Assembly: GCA_020536535.1 (NCBI GenBank)
Contig: JAHLWZ010000530.1
Location: 1 to 64,000, forward strand
DNA: 64,000 bases
Reading direction: 5' to 3'
From: Pelomyxa schiedti
Lineage: Eukaryota; Protista; Evosea
Shown: positions 46,444 to 59,246 of the stretch, one piece after another
Layout: each line of letters opens with the position of its first letter
Position numbering within the stretch: the stretch's first letter is position 1
Notes under the pieces: model-generated
The model's input: the letters and a program-made list of their open reading frames with translations, nothing else
What the model was told of the DNA's origin: nothing
Database searches by the model: none
Translations under genes and position numbers: made by a program

Positions 46444-49400
46444 ATGTCGTTGTCGGTTCCTCCCGCAACTGCAACAACAACAACGCCCCCGCCCCCGCCC
46501 CCACCGCCCCCGCCTCCCCTGCACGGCGCGGCACTGCTCGTGGTCGATGGCAGCGGCCCCCCGCCGCCTCCCCCTCTGCCGCCTCCTCCGCCTGGCCCTG
46601 GCCGCGGCACGGGCGCACGGGGGGGTGCTGCGGCTCTTGCCCCTGCTATTCTTGGTGTTGGGGGCGGGGCTGCCCCGCCTCCCCCTCCTCCCCCTGGGAC
46701 AAAGTCGGCTAAAAAGTCGTGGAGGCAAGAAGCCCCTGCTGCCATAGGCAAACAAGGTTTGGTTTTTCCCTTCTCATTTTTTGGGTGGGTGTATTTATTA
46801 TTGCCTAGGAGAAAGAATTTGTAGTATTTTTTTTTTATTTATTGAGTATTGTTAGAATTTCATTTCAAAAGATGCAAATTGCCCGAAGTTGTAAACTGGC
46901 GAGCTGCTACAGACTTCACGCGGTCATCAAGTGGGAGTGCTGGAGTGTTTTTTGTAAACACTCCTGATGGAACTGTTGTGCTAAAAGGGTGCACTGATGA
47001 GGTACTGGTTCTGGAGTTTACTTGGTGTCCCTCACCCATATAAAATGTGAACAGCCCCAGCAAATATTTGCTGCACTGCTGGCAAAGGAAATTGGCGTGA
47101 AAGTACCTGGACTTCGTCTTATTGACTATAGCAGTCCTGACAATGCAGGCAACACCTCATTTCTCTCCTCCTATATTTATCTATTTAAAAGAATGGGGAC
47201 TGGTGAAGAATATAATCATCCCACTGGCAGAAAAGATGCACGGTGTTGTTGAGAAATTAAAGGTACCACGTGTGCGATATTCAATCACTAATCAATTCCA
47301 GGTGGAGAAAGAACTCAATCGTGCCTATTTCATTGTGATGGAATTAGCTCCAGGTAGTTCGCTTGACTCTCTCAGTGCCGAAAAAGCGAATTCTGCATTT
47401 TCCCCATTTAGAACTTTGCAGGTTTTATTTGACTTGACTGTCATTTCCCTCAATTACAAAAGATATCCTCACCAGAGATGCAACATTCTGTAATGCAATC
47501 AAATACCCATCTTCGTGAAATTGGAAGGCTGCTTCTCTTTGATATTCTGTGTAACAACTGGGACAGAATACCTCTCGTTTGGGAAAATGAGGGAAATGTA
47601 GGAAATATATTTTTTGACCCAGATGAAGGAATATACGGGATAGACAACTCTGTGACAGCCATCCCCCCTGGCCCAAAGGTGAATATGTTGACTCACCTCT
47701 CTGACTTGACTCCATACAGAGAACTCGATACTATGAGAAGATTCAGCATATCCTTGAGTCAATTGTTCAACAGCCGCAAAAACCATGTAGGGAAATGCAG
47801 AGTGTTTATGAGTTTCTGAAGGCATTCTCATTTGTCACTCTGACCGAGGAATGTTGTGTTCAGGTGCAACTGGGAATGCTTGAGTGCCTCTCCTCAGTTT
47901 GTGAGGCATGGCAAAGAACTGCACAACTATTACTGAGAGATATCAAAAATAAGGTAATAAACAAAACAGATGAGGAAGTTTAAAAAGTGGGACATTAGGT
48001 ACAAAAAATGATCCATTACGACTGGGAACGTGTGTGGGCAACCGAATTGAAATTGATTGACTTGGAGTTTATGACAAAGATTGTAGAGATTTTCTCGGAA
48101 TACCGTGACAAAGCTATTTCCATCCTGCATGAGGTTCGAACCTTTCTTGAAGCAATTGATAGTTACTTAAATCTCTGCAGTGGCCAGTCCACCGTCACTT
48201 TGTCGCCGAAAAACCACACACAACTAATTTGGAGCAAGCTAAGATTTTGGTCTTCCAACAACGCTTCGAGGGAGAAAAAACGATACGAGACCTTGATGCC
48301 ATTTTATCCGGGCCAGAAAAGTGAGTGTTTTATGCCAAGGTTTTTCAGTGATTGTATTCAGTTCAGGGAAAAAGACAGATATCATTGTATCTCCTGAAGT
48401 ATGGCTCTCTTATTCAGGCCCCGCTACCCTTGAAAATCCCGATCTTGCTTTATTTTCCCCTCTTGCTGCCAAGTACGTTTGGGAGTGATTATGGGCAATG
48501 AGCGTTGTTTGGCACTTAGGCTTTATTAGGCATCAAGTTTTCATAGTGCTAAGTTTCGAAGAAAGAGCTGGTTCGCACCGACACATCTCGGCTGTGCTTC
48601 TTGGCCCTAGTGGCACAATTGTCGGATGTTACAGAAAGCAACGCCCTTTGAATAGTTGTCACACTCCGGGAAATTCTCCTGGCGTAACTATTTCCTTCCC
48701 TCTACTTCCAATGACTTTAAATGAAGGTGTTTGATACGCCATATGGTAAAATTGCCCTGCTCATTTGCTTTGATATTGAAAATGAGGATGTTCTCCAAGC
48801 CACCCTTGCATTAAATCCCTTTTTAATTTTGAACCCCGTTTTCATTCCAAGTGGAATGGATTCTGATTGGCAATCACCTGTTGCGCGAACAAAATGGGCT
48901 GGTATCCACACTCCCTCTCTCATCGATGTACTTATGGTTTAGTGGCACGTGACTCGATGAGAAGAAAGTTTGAAGCCCTCATGGGGGAGAAGATGATTAC
49001 TCTTGTCAGATGTGATATGGCTTTCTTCCTTGGTGCCCATCAATGTTATTTCCTTGTTAATCTGAAACAAATGAAGGAGGAAATGGCTCAAGCCAGTCAA
49101 TTGGCCCATACAATACAGTTATGGCTCCTACAATTCAGGACTGTCACTTTTACACCTTCGCGGATATTCCTCCCCACAACTTTTGGGTAGGCCCTGTTCC
49201 TGAGCGATGTCGCACTGCAAAGGTGACCAAGTATTCTTCTTACCTTTATCACAGTCCAATCTCTAGGAAGACAATACAGGGAATCGTTACCTTGTTAAAC
49301 TACTACCAGTGCCCAAGGAAACAAGTCTCATTTCAGCAAGTGGGAAATTGATTGCCACAGCCGCGCTCACAGGCTCCAGAGTAAGGTGAGGTTTCAACTT

Positions 49401-50588
49401 CCTTCACATCCGTAATATTCTTCAAAGAATTTCAAGTACATTTACGTGCGCGGAGCTTTGTAGCGTGCTTCCTCCAGATGGCTCTACCACGTCAAACGTC
49501 ACTTTAGTTCACTTGATAAACAGCACACCAAATCCACCCACTTTTACGCTCATCAGCTTTTGGGGGTGCCTGATTACCATATCACAGATTAAACCTTCCC
49601 CCAACAGTGCCACTGCTGTTGTAGAGACAATAGCTTCCACCAAGACACCGACAGCGGCAACATGTTGTGTAAGTAAAAACTTCTAGTTTGTATATTCGCT
49701 CAAAACTACTGCAGATCCGAATGCTATCAAACCTTGTCATAGGTATGTTCTTTTTTGGGAGCTCGAGATGACACACTAATGAACAAAGGAACCCAATCTG
49801 GTTCAGTTTTAGTACTTGACTTGCAAACCCATTGTATTGTGGGAAGTGCACTCCCTCTCCACGGATCCCCCCTCGTTGAACTGCTTGACATAGTATACTG
49901 CCAACTGAGATTTTGAAGTGACTCAACCTTGTAGGGAGGTAATAACCTCGTTGCTGTGTTTGAAGATGGCAGCATGGCAGTAGTGATCCTGCACACAGAT
50001 GCAAGACTCGAGGTTTGTAGTCACTTTTGCTGTGTCAGTATGGCTTACTCCAGGTTAGGGCAAGTTCTTTACAAGAAATGCCACAACCTCCCGAGGTCTA
50101 ACGCACGCCACATGGTCTCCCCTGTGTTGTTGTATTATTGCTGGATTTAGCAACGGAAGCATTGAAGTAATTTCAGTGACTTCGGGGGACAACTTCCAGT
50201 TTGGAACTGGAACAGTTCTAACAGCACCAGCAACCAGTTCCGCACCTATTACCGGAATAATGGCGGTATATATTATATTCCCTTTGCTCCTATTCATTTT
50301 AATTTCTTATTTCGGTTTTAGGTTATTGATAGCCCATTTATTGTTGTGTCACAACAATCACCCACCAACAACCTGTACATACGGAACCTCAGACCGGCCA
50401 ACCCCTCTGTTCCGGTAATTCACCATCAATTCCATGGCCACACTACATCTATTCTGGGCATGTCTTGTGCGGAAGGAATGAACATTGTAACGATAGATGA
50501 AAGTGGTCTGGTTGAAGTACGTGAGTTCATACAGAATGCCGTGCCTCTTCCACTACACAAAATGGTAGTGCCATCACAATTCCATTAG
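46444..50588 (+). CDS. Polyproline - actin-fragmin kinase domain - carbon-nitrogen hydrolase - beta-propeller protein, multi-exon
   Basis: AFK: SSGSAGVFFV..VVLKG, IVMELAPG, GRLLLFDILCNNWDRIPLVWENEGNVGNIFF..GIDN. Nitrilase triad: DIIVSPE, YRK, LLICFD. WD-like C-terminus (LLAGFSNGSIEV, FHGHTTSILGM..TIDESGLVEV). Confidence 0.75.
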
Positions 50589-50644
50589 AAAAGCACAACA
50601 TCTAGTAAATAGGAAAAAAAGGTGTTTCCTTTTTTTTTTTTTGT

Positions 50645-53600
50645 TTAACTAAGAGGTGGAAAGAAGTTGGGGTCGAGCTGTACAGTTTTGGGGTCCACCT
50701 GGGGTAAGGACTGAAGAAGTTGAGGGGGCATTGGGTGTGGTGAGAAGTTGTCTGGGTGGAATGAGTGCGCCATATGTGCTATCTGGCTGGGGGAGAGTGC
50801 CCCAAACGCAGTTGTAACGGCTGCTGCGTCAAGAAGCACGGTTTTATCTAGCACCAAAAAGTTGGCTACTTGTTTGATCTGTTCCAGGAGGTTCCTTGTT
50901 TGGAGTGAACTTGGATTTTAGTTGGTGAGGGGGTCGGATACCTAGCCCCTGAAAGGTAATCGAATTTTGATATAAATTCTTCCACTTTCGATAATACATA
51001 TCGTATTTGGAACCCATTGCCACAAGTACCTGGAAAATGGTTTCAAAAACCCGTAACAGGCGGGACGTGCATACAAAGCTCTGGTTTAGTCACCAAAGAG
51101 TTGAATAGTTCCACATTTATTCCATAGCAGACCAATGCAAAAAACTGCATACAAAGGTGTTTGGGGATATTATTAGAGCGCAGGCGATCCAAAATTGCTT
51201 TAAGTGCGCCCAATATAAGATCTGACTTGTTGGTCTTGGTTCTAGGTGTTTTGTTAATGCAAGATGGAACAGACATAGCATTTGGTGGAACTACCGGTGG
51301 GCCTCTGTGGCAAGGACGGCAGACTTTTCGTCAAAAATGGCTTGACTCACAAGCGGAGAAATTTCCTGAGTGATAACTGGTTAATTTTAAGTATGGATGG
51401 GAAATGTGGTACATGAACAGTGTGTTTGACACATAAATCAAAGACTTTAAGGACAGTTTGCTTTAGCTCATAAACAAGTTCTTCCTTAACAGTGGGATTG
51501 GCAGGTTGTGCGATAGGCTTCAGTAGGACATCTCTTCTTTTTTCTTTGGAGGTTCTGATAAGGATGAGTTGGTATTGAAGTGGTTTAAGAAATTAACTCT
51601 GCCAGTCCATCTGCAAGTTCTGCTTCTATTAAACTTACAAGATTCCAAGTGATGGATAGTGTGTAGAAGCTCAAAGTGGGATTGTGCAAACTTGCCTTTG
51701 TAAAGTCAACAAACAAAGGGTGCGAAAAAACTTGACCCAAACACCTTGGTAAGAAGGACTAGTGCTGCCATGATTTTCTTGAAGAAAACAAAATCAGGGT
51801 GCTCAAATCCGTTCCAGGTTTTGAGTCTACCCAGAACTGTCTCACAAACACATGGTATTCCAGAGGAGTCGAATACTGGTTCAGTAATGTAGTACAAGGT
51901 ACCAATGACAAAGTCAGTTGTAGCAAGTTCGTGGGTCAACTTTTCGACATGGGACTGTTACGAAGCAGTGAGGACAGGTTAAATCCAAGTACACAAAAAC
52001 CTTATAAGCCTCAAGTTCAGCCCTCTCCACTTGAGCCTTTTTTGTTGTTGTTTTGTTTTGTTTTTAGGACAAAAGGAAAGAGGAGATGTATTTCCAACTT
52101 GTATTTGTTTTTGAATACACTCAGTTGTGGCTTGCAGCTTCTCCATAACTTGACTCACTTCTGTTGTGAGATTCAGCCTTAAAAGCTCAATCATCTTCAG
52201 AGTGTCCTCGTACTTGAGTTGTATCTTTTGCTTTTCTGCCAGGATTTGATCTTTGAGATGCATTATCGCTGTTTCAAGCTGCTCGTTTCTTTCATGAGCT
52301 TCCGTTAGCTGATTCGATAGTTCGGAATTTTTGTCTGTTAGCTCCGCTATTTTGTGCAAAGCAACTTGCTTTTCTTTGTCCAAAGTACACAGTCTTTCTT
52401 CAGATTGTCTGTGGGCTTGTTGAGAAGCCAGCTGACAAGCATCCAAGGAGGAACTTATTTTCTCCACTTTTGCTTGAAGGAGGGAGTTAGCCTCACTGAG
52501 TCGCTTGCTGTTGTCAACTTCTTTTATGAGTAGCATGGAGTGTTCTCGGCATAAAGCAAGCTGTTCGGAATGGCGCTCCTTACAAGTTTTCAGTTCCTTC
52601 TGTAGCAAGACCATAGCACGTTTGCACTGGGCCACCTCGACTACACTTTGGTTTGCGGTATTGAGTTGTTCCTCTGAAAGCTTGAAGCATGCTGTCAACT
52701 CAGTGCAGTGTTGACGAAGTTGTTGATTCTGAACCATGGCTTTCTCATTGACGAGTTTTAGCTGTAGATTATCTGTGAGTATTTCTTGCAGTTTTTGTTC
52801 CAGCAGTCTTATTTGCTCCTTGTCGGCACGTGCTAAAAAAAGAAAAAGAAAAAGTGGAAATATTAAGTTGCATCATTCAAGTAGCACAATTATCGACATG
52901 TAATCTCAACAGTCAAACACACCAAACCTGTGCTGACAGCTGCAACTTGGTCCACGTCAAGTAAAGGTGTTGTGCCCTCACAACTTGTTGCCTCATTACT
53001 ATTGGGCGTAGAAACGGCAGAACAAAAGCGTGATATCAACTCATCACGGTGGTGCTCAGCTTGGGTACGTTTCTGCTCAGCAATTTGCTGGCTTTCTAAA
53101 GCCTTCTGAGAAAGGGCTTGAGACTTGTGGAGATTGGAAAGAAGTTCTGAGGTCTTTATATTGAGATCCGAAATTTCTTGCTTCTGAAGGATGTTATTTG
53201 CCACGTCTTATGAAATAAAACAACGGTATTACCATGAGGTCTTTTTCTTCTTGCCACTTGGTTGTTTTTTCTTGAAGCTGAGTTTTTACTTTAGAAAGTT
53301 CTCCTGGAAGTAGTAAGTTAGGCAAGGGATGTACCCTCCAACATGCCTTTGGTGAAGCTTAGAATCTTTGTTAATTTGTCTCGTGAAATTCCTACTTCCG
53401 CAGCTTGATCCCGCTCTACAGCGATCTGCTTAGAAGTTTCCTCGATAGATGCTTGAAGCTTGGATATTTCTCCTTTTTTTGCTTCTAACTGGCTTCCAAG
53501 CTCAGTTCGCTCATTGCTCAGAGAGGTTACAGCAAGCTGGAGCCGATTTATTTCATCTGGTGAAGTTCTTCATTGAGCACAATTGTAGGTTTTTCTAAAT

Positions 53601-54558
53601 TGAACACCTTGCAACTCTTGAGTGGACTGCGGTGTGACAGAAACTGCAGCAGGAATGGAAGCAGGAGTTATCATCCCTGGTGCACAGGCTTTTGTGTTTG
53701 TGTCATCCGCATCAGCAAACACATCTGTGTCTGGAACTTCTTCATCCACTTCCTATGTAAGGTCAGACTATAAAAGGCTTCTACCCATAACTCAACTAGT
53801 TCCGATTTGAGAACTTCCGTTTCGTCATCACTATATCCATTGGTTCAGAATAAATACCCCTCCCCAAAAAGAAGAATACCCAGAAAGTCCGGTATTTTCA
53901 GACGAAATGGTTATCTGAGGTTTTTGAGATGCGGCGTTGGAAGGAATATACCATAAGTGTGACAGATTTGTGCTGCCCCTTTTTCATTATTAAGGTTGCA
54001 GACCTGGTTGCACCAGCAAGGTCAGCATACTGAGCTAAATCCAGAGAGGCTTTCCCCAAAAGAGCTCTCTTCCCCTTTGGGAGATCCTCATACAAGGACA
54101 TCACCATTAATTTTTCGTCCTGCAAGAAATGTCAGGTGGTGTGGTGAATCCAAGCATAACCCCCAACCACTTGTTGTGTTGTGTGCATCAGTGCGACGCA
54201 CATAACTGGACCCGGTTTCTTTGAACAGTGTGCACAACAGCGTAACGACTTCGTTCCATTCGCACACCCACCCACCTCCTCCTTCATTGTTTGCCGTAGA
54301 TCCACTCGACCTAGGAGATCCGCAAACAACAGGAGCCGCTGGCCTGCACGCGGTGCGTCCTTGGTTTTCTTTTTTCACGCCTCGTTTCCACTCCACAAAC
54401 AACGATCGCGACGCAGAGTACGACGAAGATGTGCGCGTGGCGTCATCCTGCGGTTGTTGCAGTCGCTTAGATGCCGATGACGAGTGCTGTTGCAGACTGA
54501 GGGCAGCTGAACAGAACGTGATACGGTACCTCTGCTTCACTCCCTTCTTCTTGAACAT
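50645..54558 (-). CDS. NT-type C2 (EEIG1/EHBP1) - coiled coil - DIL (dilute) domain protein
   Basis: LFVEWKRG, WNEVVTLLCTLF and LGKASLDLAQYA; long coiled coil; DIL QFFALVCYGINVELFNSLV..C-TCGNGFQIR..LEQIKQVANFLVL..LSPSQI. Confidence 0.85.
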
Positions 54559-54751
54559 AAGATCCAAAAAAAAATGGTTTCGGCTTGCTTCGTATCCAAG
54601 CTGGCAGTAGCACACCTCGTCTTGGAAGAAAACTAGGACCACAATGGCAGCATTCCCCTGCGCAAGTGTCAGAGCCAGTTTTGTTCAAAAAACAAACCGA
54701 AGTTTGCACACTAAAACAGATCTGGTAATAATACCCGACTAGCAACGAGGC

Positions 54752-57700
54752 ATGGACCGTGGTGGTAAAGGAGGAGGAGGTAGGGGGGCGTTTTTTCGGG
54801 GCCGAGGAAGGGGGGCATTCTGGAGGGGCCGGGGAAGAGGGATGAGAGGGAGGGGGAGAGGAAAAGGCGACCCACAGCAGACCCAGGCGTCGACCGGCGG
54901 AGACGAACCTCACGGAGGAGGCCCAACTGTTCCGTTGGCGAAGCGACCAAAACGTTCCTCCCTGGTAAACTTGTCCCCGTACCCTTTTGTGTTCCATTTA
55001 TGGGGTTTTTTTTCCCCTCATTTTGCATTTTAATTGAATTTAGTTTTTGGTCGTTTAATGAAACTGTCAGGGAGGTAGAAATGGGGTAGGTTTGCAGCTG
55101 GTGAGCCTTGACTTTGTGGGAACAACTAACTTCCTTTCTCCTACCGCAATGCAAGTGATGTCTTCACTCTCTGGATCCATAAGAGGTGTGGCAAACAACC
55201 TCCAACGTAGTCTCACAATCCCAAATGCAGACGATAAGGAAAGAGAATGGCGTTTCCCTGTCTCCCAACATGACGCAGTTGTAAAAAAACTTACGGCACA
55301 AGGAGAAAATGTTACTCCTGTCCCAAAAGAAGTATTTGCAACAATTGTATGAACACCAAGAGTCCCTAGTTGCATTAACTCCCTAAGGCTCGCTCCAAAG
55401 AAGATCCTGTGACTGATATCTCCAAAATTCCCGAATATATAATGTCGACTCTAATGCCTTTTCAATTGAAAGGCTTACTGTGTGTTATGTACAACACTGT
55501 AACTAATGGATTTACTGTTGGACACAGTTTTGGGATTACACATGGTGGAAAGTGTCTTATTGGTGACGAAGTGCGAGACCTTGTGTATTTGTTCAACTGA
55601 ACTCAAATCATTAAAGATGGGACTGGGGAAGACTATACAAGCAATTGCCATAGCTTCATATTTCCGGGAAGAATGGCCTCTCCTTAGTACTTGATTTCTA
55701 CCATTTCTCTTTCTTACAACTCTTAAGTCATTTGCCCGTCTTCCCTTCGCCTCAACTGGGCTTCAGAAATCACCAAATTCATTCCGGATATAGGTGCCTT
55801 TTCTAAACTTGTAATTAACAAATTAGCACTGCCAATAACCCTCACTTAGATCCATTCGAAGTTAAAGCAATCATGAAAGGAAAAGATGCACCTGACACGT
55901 TAGTGAACATCATTTCTTATGACTTAGTTTCTAAGGTTCGGTATTTACCACTGTAAAGTGTACCTGATGTAATCAAACAGATGGACTTCAAGAAGTTCAC
56001 ATTCAAAGTAATCATCGCTGATGAAAGTCACTACCTTAAGAATCCTACAGCATTACGATCACAAGTCACTATTCCTTTACTCAAAGTACCTTGTCTCTCC
56101 TATCTCATAACACACCAAGCCACTCAGGCAGCCCACCGAGCAATTCTCCTAAGTGGCACCCCAGCTTTATCAAGACCCATTGAGCTTTTTCCACAACTTC
56201 AGGCGTTGGGGTGCCCTATTTTCAAAACTCAGAATGCCTTTGGAGCCCGATACTGCTCAGCACACATGGTGTGCGCCAGAATTGAGGCCATTTCATCTCA
56301 TTGTTGTAGGGTCCATTTGGGATGGACTATTCTGGACACTCCAACTTAAAGGAACTTCATACTGTGCTTCAGGTGTGAGGAGCACTATACTTACTGTTTC
56401 AAGTGTTCACATTGTTATTCTGGCACAGAAAACTGTAATGATACGAAGATTAAAAGCAGATGTCTTACGAGAGTTACCCCCAAAGCTTAGGCAGCAGGTA
56501 AGGTGAGCGGGTTATTTTATAATTAAATAGTCTTCCACTCATTGAAATAAATAGGTGGTCATCACTCCAGCAGAGAAAGACTTAGTTGAAATTAAAGAGA
56601 AGTTGAAGTGCATGGATGCAATAAGCAACGCCCTCACCCATTGTATGTGAGGGTAAAAAAAATGGGCTAATAAGCCAAGCAGGTCAAGGAAATCTAGCTT
56701 CTTTGAATTCGCAGAAGAGAGCCATGATGACCGATATTTATCAAGAAACAGCTCGGGCCAAGCTTCCTGCTGTAAAGCAGTATATAAAAGAAATGCTGGA
56801 GGGGGATTACAAGTTTTTACTGTTTGCTCATCACCAAGTTATGTTAGATGGTTTGGAAGAAGCTCTGGTAGTTCACCCTTCCCTTCCTTTTTTTTTCTTT
56901 GATAAAAAACCCACTCCAAAAAAAAAAAGAATAAATGCAAATATATCAGAATCGATGGTTCGACTTCCCCAAAATCACGTGAGGAGCAAGTGCAGCAATT
57001 TCAGGAGGATGAAGAAACAAAAGTCACCCATTTGTATTTGATTAGCCTAACATTGTTCAGTGTGCCCTTCTGGGAATAACAGCCGCTGGCACTGGTTTAA
57101 CTCTTTCCAAGGCTCAAGTTGTTGTGTTTGCTGAACTGTACTGGAATCCTGGGTACCTCAAGTAATCCAATGTTTGATGTCTCATATTGCCAAAAAGATC
57201 ACTAATGCAAGCTGAGGACCGTGCACATCGTATTGGTCAGACAAACTCCGTTCTTGTGCAGTATCTGCTATGTCACTCCACTCTTGATGACTTTATATGG
57301 TATCAAGAATGCAGATCTCTATCTTGTGTTTGATCTTGTACCCAGGCCTCTTGTGGAGAAGAAACTTGAAGTCTTGGGCAAAGTGGTGGATGGAGCAGAA
57401 CGCTCTCTAGATGCAACTAAGGCTAGTACTGGTGATGTTTCACAACAGCTTGCTGCACTGGAAGAATCTGATGGAAAACCACCAGTACAAACAGGAGATA
57501 AAAAGAGGCAACTTCCAATTTCCATGTTCAGTGTGAGAAAACCTGATGAGACTACTAATACCGAAGTAAAAAAACCTAAGCACCATGGAACCCTCGATTC
57601 CTTTTTTAAACCAGCACCATCAAGTGCCAGCAAGTCTTGCAATACCAGGAGTCCTGATATTGAAGGCTCTCTCAAAACCAACACTAGCACAGACGATCTG

Positions 57701-59014
57701 GACGTGAACTTTGATATAGATCCAGCAGACTTGGACTCCATCTCATTTCCTGCCAGCTCTTCAGACACATCTCCCACTAAGACAAATTCCACCAGCCCTG
57801 TTATTCTTGCATATAATTCCGACGATGAAGAAACAACAAAGCGTTATATGTACAAAATACCCTCCCTGCCGAAACATGATTTCTCAGCTTCCTCCCTTAA
57901 AGGAAGGACTTTCAAGATACTGATGATACAAGCTTTGACTTGCCCGATAGCCCCCACCTCAATGATACAGTTTACGTTGCCGATTCTAGCTATCCTACTT
58001 ATCTTCTTCCTGATAACTCTCTGGTTAGTTTACCTTTTACTACCTCGTAAATCAACCTCCTTTTAGGATGAAGTCCATCTAGGGCATACTGACTCGCCAC
58101 AGAATGACATAATATCATCCCCGTCAACCTATTCTCATACGGAAGTGTCAACACCCCAAGCAAGGCTGGAGTTGGACTCTCCCCGAATGAGAGTCAAACC
58201 ACCGATGTGGCAAGACAAAATCTCTAAGACAGTGGAGAAAACACCAAAACAGCAACTTTCTACCCCCACAATGCCGACTTATACTACTACTTCCAGTGTT
58301 CGGGCGAAATCAAGTGAGTCTAGTTCTAAACCCCCTAGCAAGGAGAAATTGTGCTTCAGCCAGGCACTTGGTGGCATCAAAACTGTATTGTCACAATACA
58401 CATGCTCTCCACCCAGAAACTCTCAAGAAAACGAAGAAGAACCTACTACCTATAGAGAGGCCAATGAACAATACAGTGAAAACAACCAAGAGGCAGAAAG
58501 TGGCTGTGCTTACGATTGCCAAGCCACCGAGGATGAGAACACCGAAGGTGATGATGACCAAGTTACAGCAAACCAGGACACTACCAATACCTCTGTGTCT
58601 TGTTTGTGGCATGAATCAACAAATACTGGGCAAATGGCGGCTCAACCCAACAAACAGGAGGTGCAAGAAACCTCCACAAGTCCAACCACCAATTATAGCC
58701 AGCCTGAGCACACACAAGTGGTTCCAACACAGCCAACTACTGCTACATTAGCAACAACCAATACAAAAACTGACCTTCCGTCCAGTACCAAAGCCACACC
58801 CACCCACACAGGAATCATCACCACGCCGTCCACAACGCCGTCACCACTTCCCAAGCAGCAATGTGATGGAGGGCAAGCGGGTGAGGAACCTGATATCTTC
58901 AGTTGGTTTGATGATGACGATGCAGGCTGCTTTACTGTCAGCAGCACCAAATTTGCCCCCCAAGACACCAACTTTGACAATGACCTACCTACCTTCACCC
59001 TCGATCATTCGTGA
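54752..59014 (+). CDS. SMARCAL1: SMARCAL1/ZRANB3-like SNF2 annealing helicase with an RGG N-terminus and long disordered C-terminus
   Basis: [82 protein letters not shown] and [11 protein letters not shown] across many introns. Confidence 0.9.
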
Positions 59015-59246
59015 CAGGCCAAAAAATGGAAGAAAAAATTCCAAGTTTGGTGTTTTCCATCTAGAAAGCTATTCCCTTGACAGATACATGTCAGTCATTT
59101 TTTTGTTTAACAAGTTGGTTGTAGACGCGTTAGAGGGTTGGTGTTCTCACATCACGCAGGTCATTGAGGACAACGATGAGAAGAAATGGACACAGTGGTA
59201 TGTTTCCGTTCGTGTTTTAAGTCTTTTTGTCATCATCTCAGAAGCA

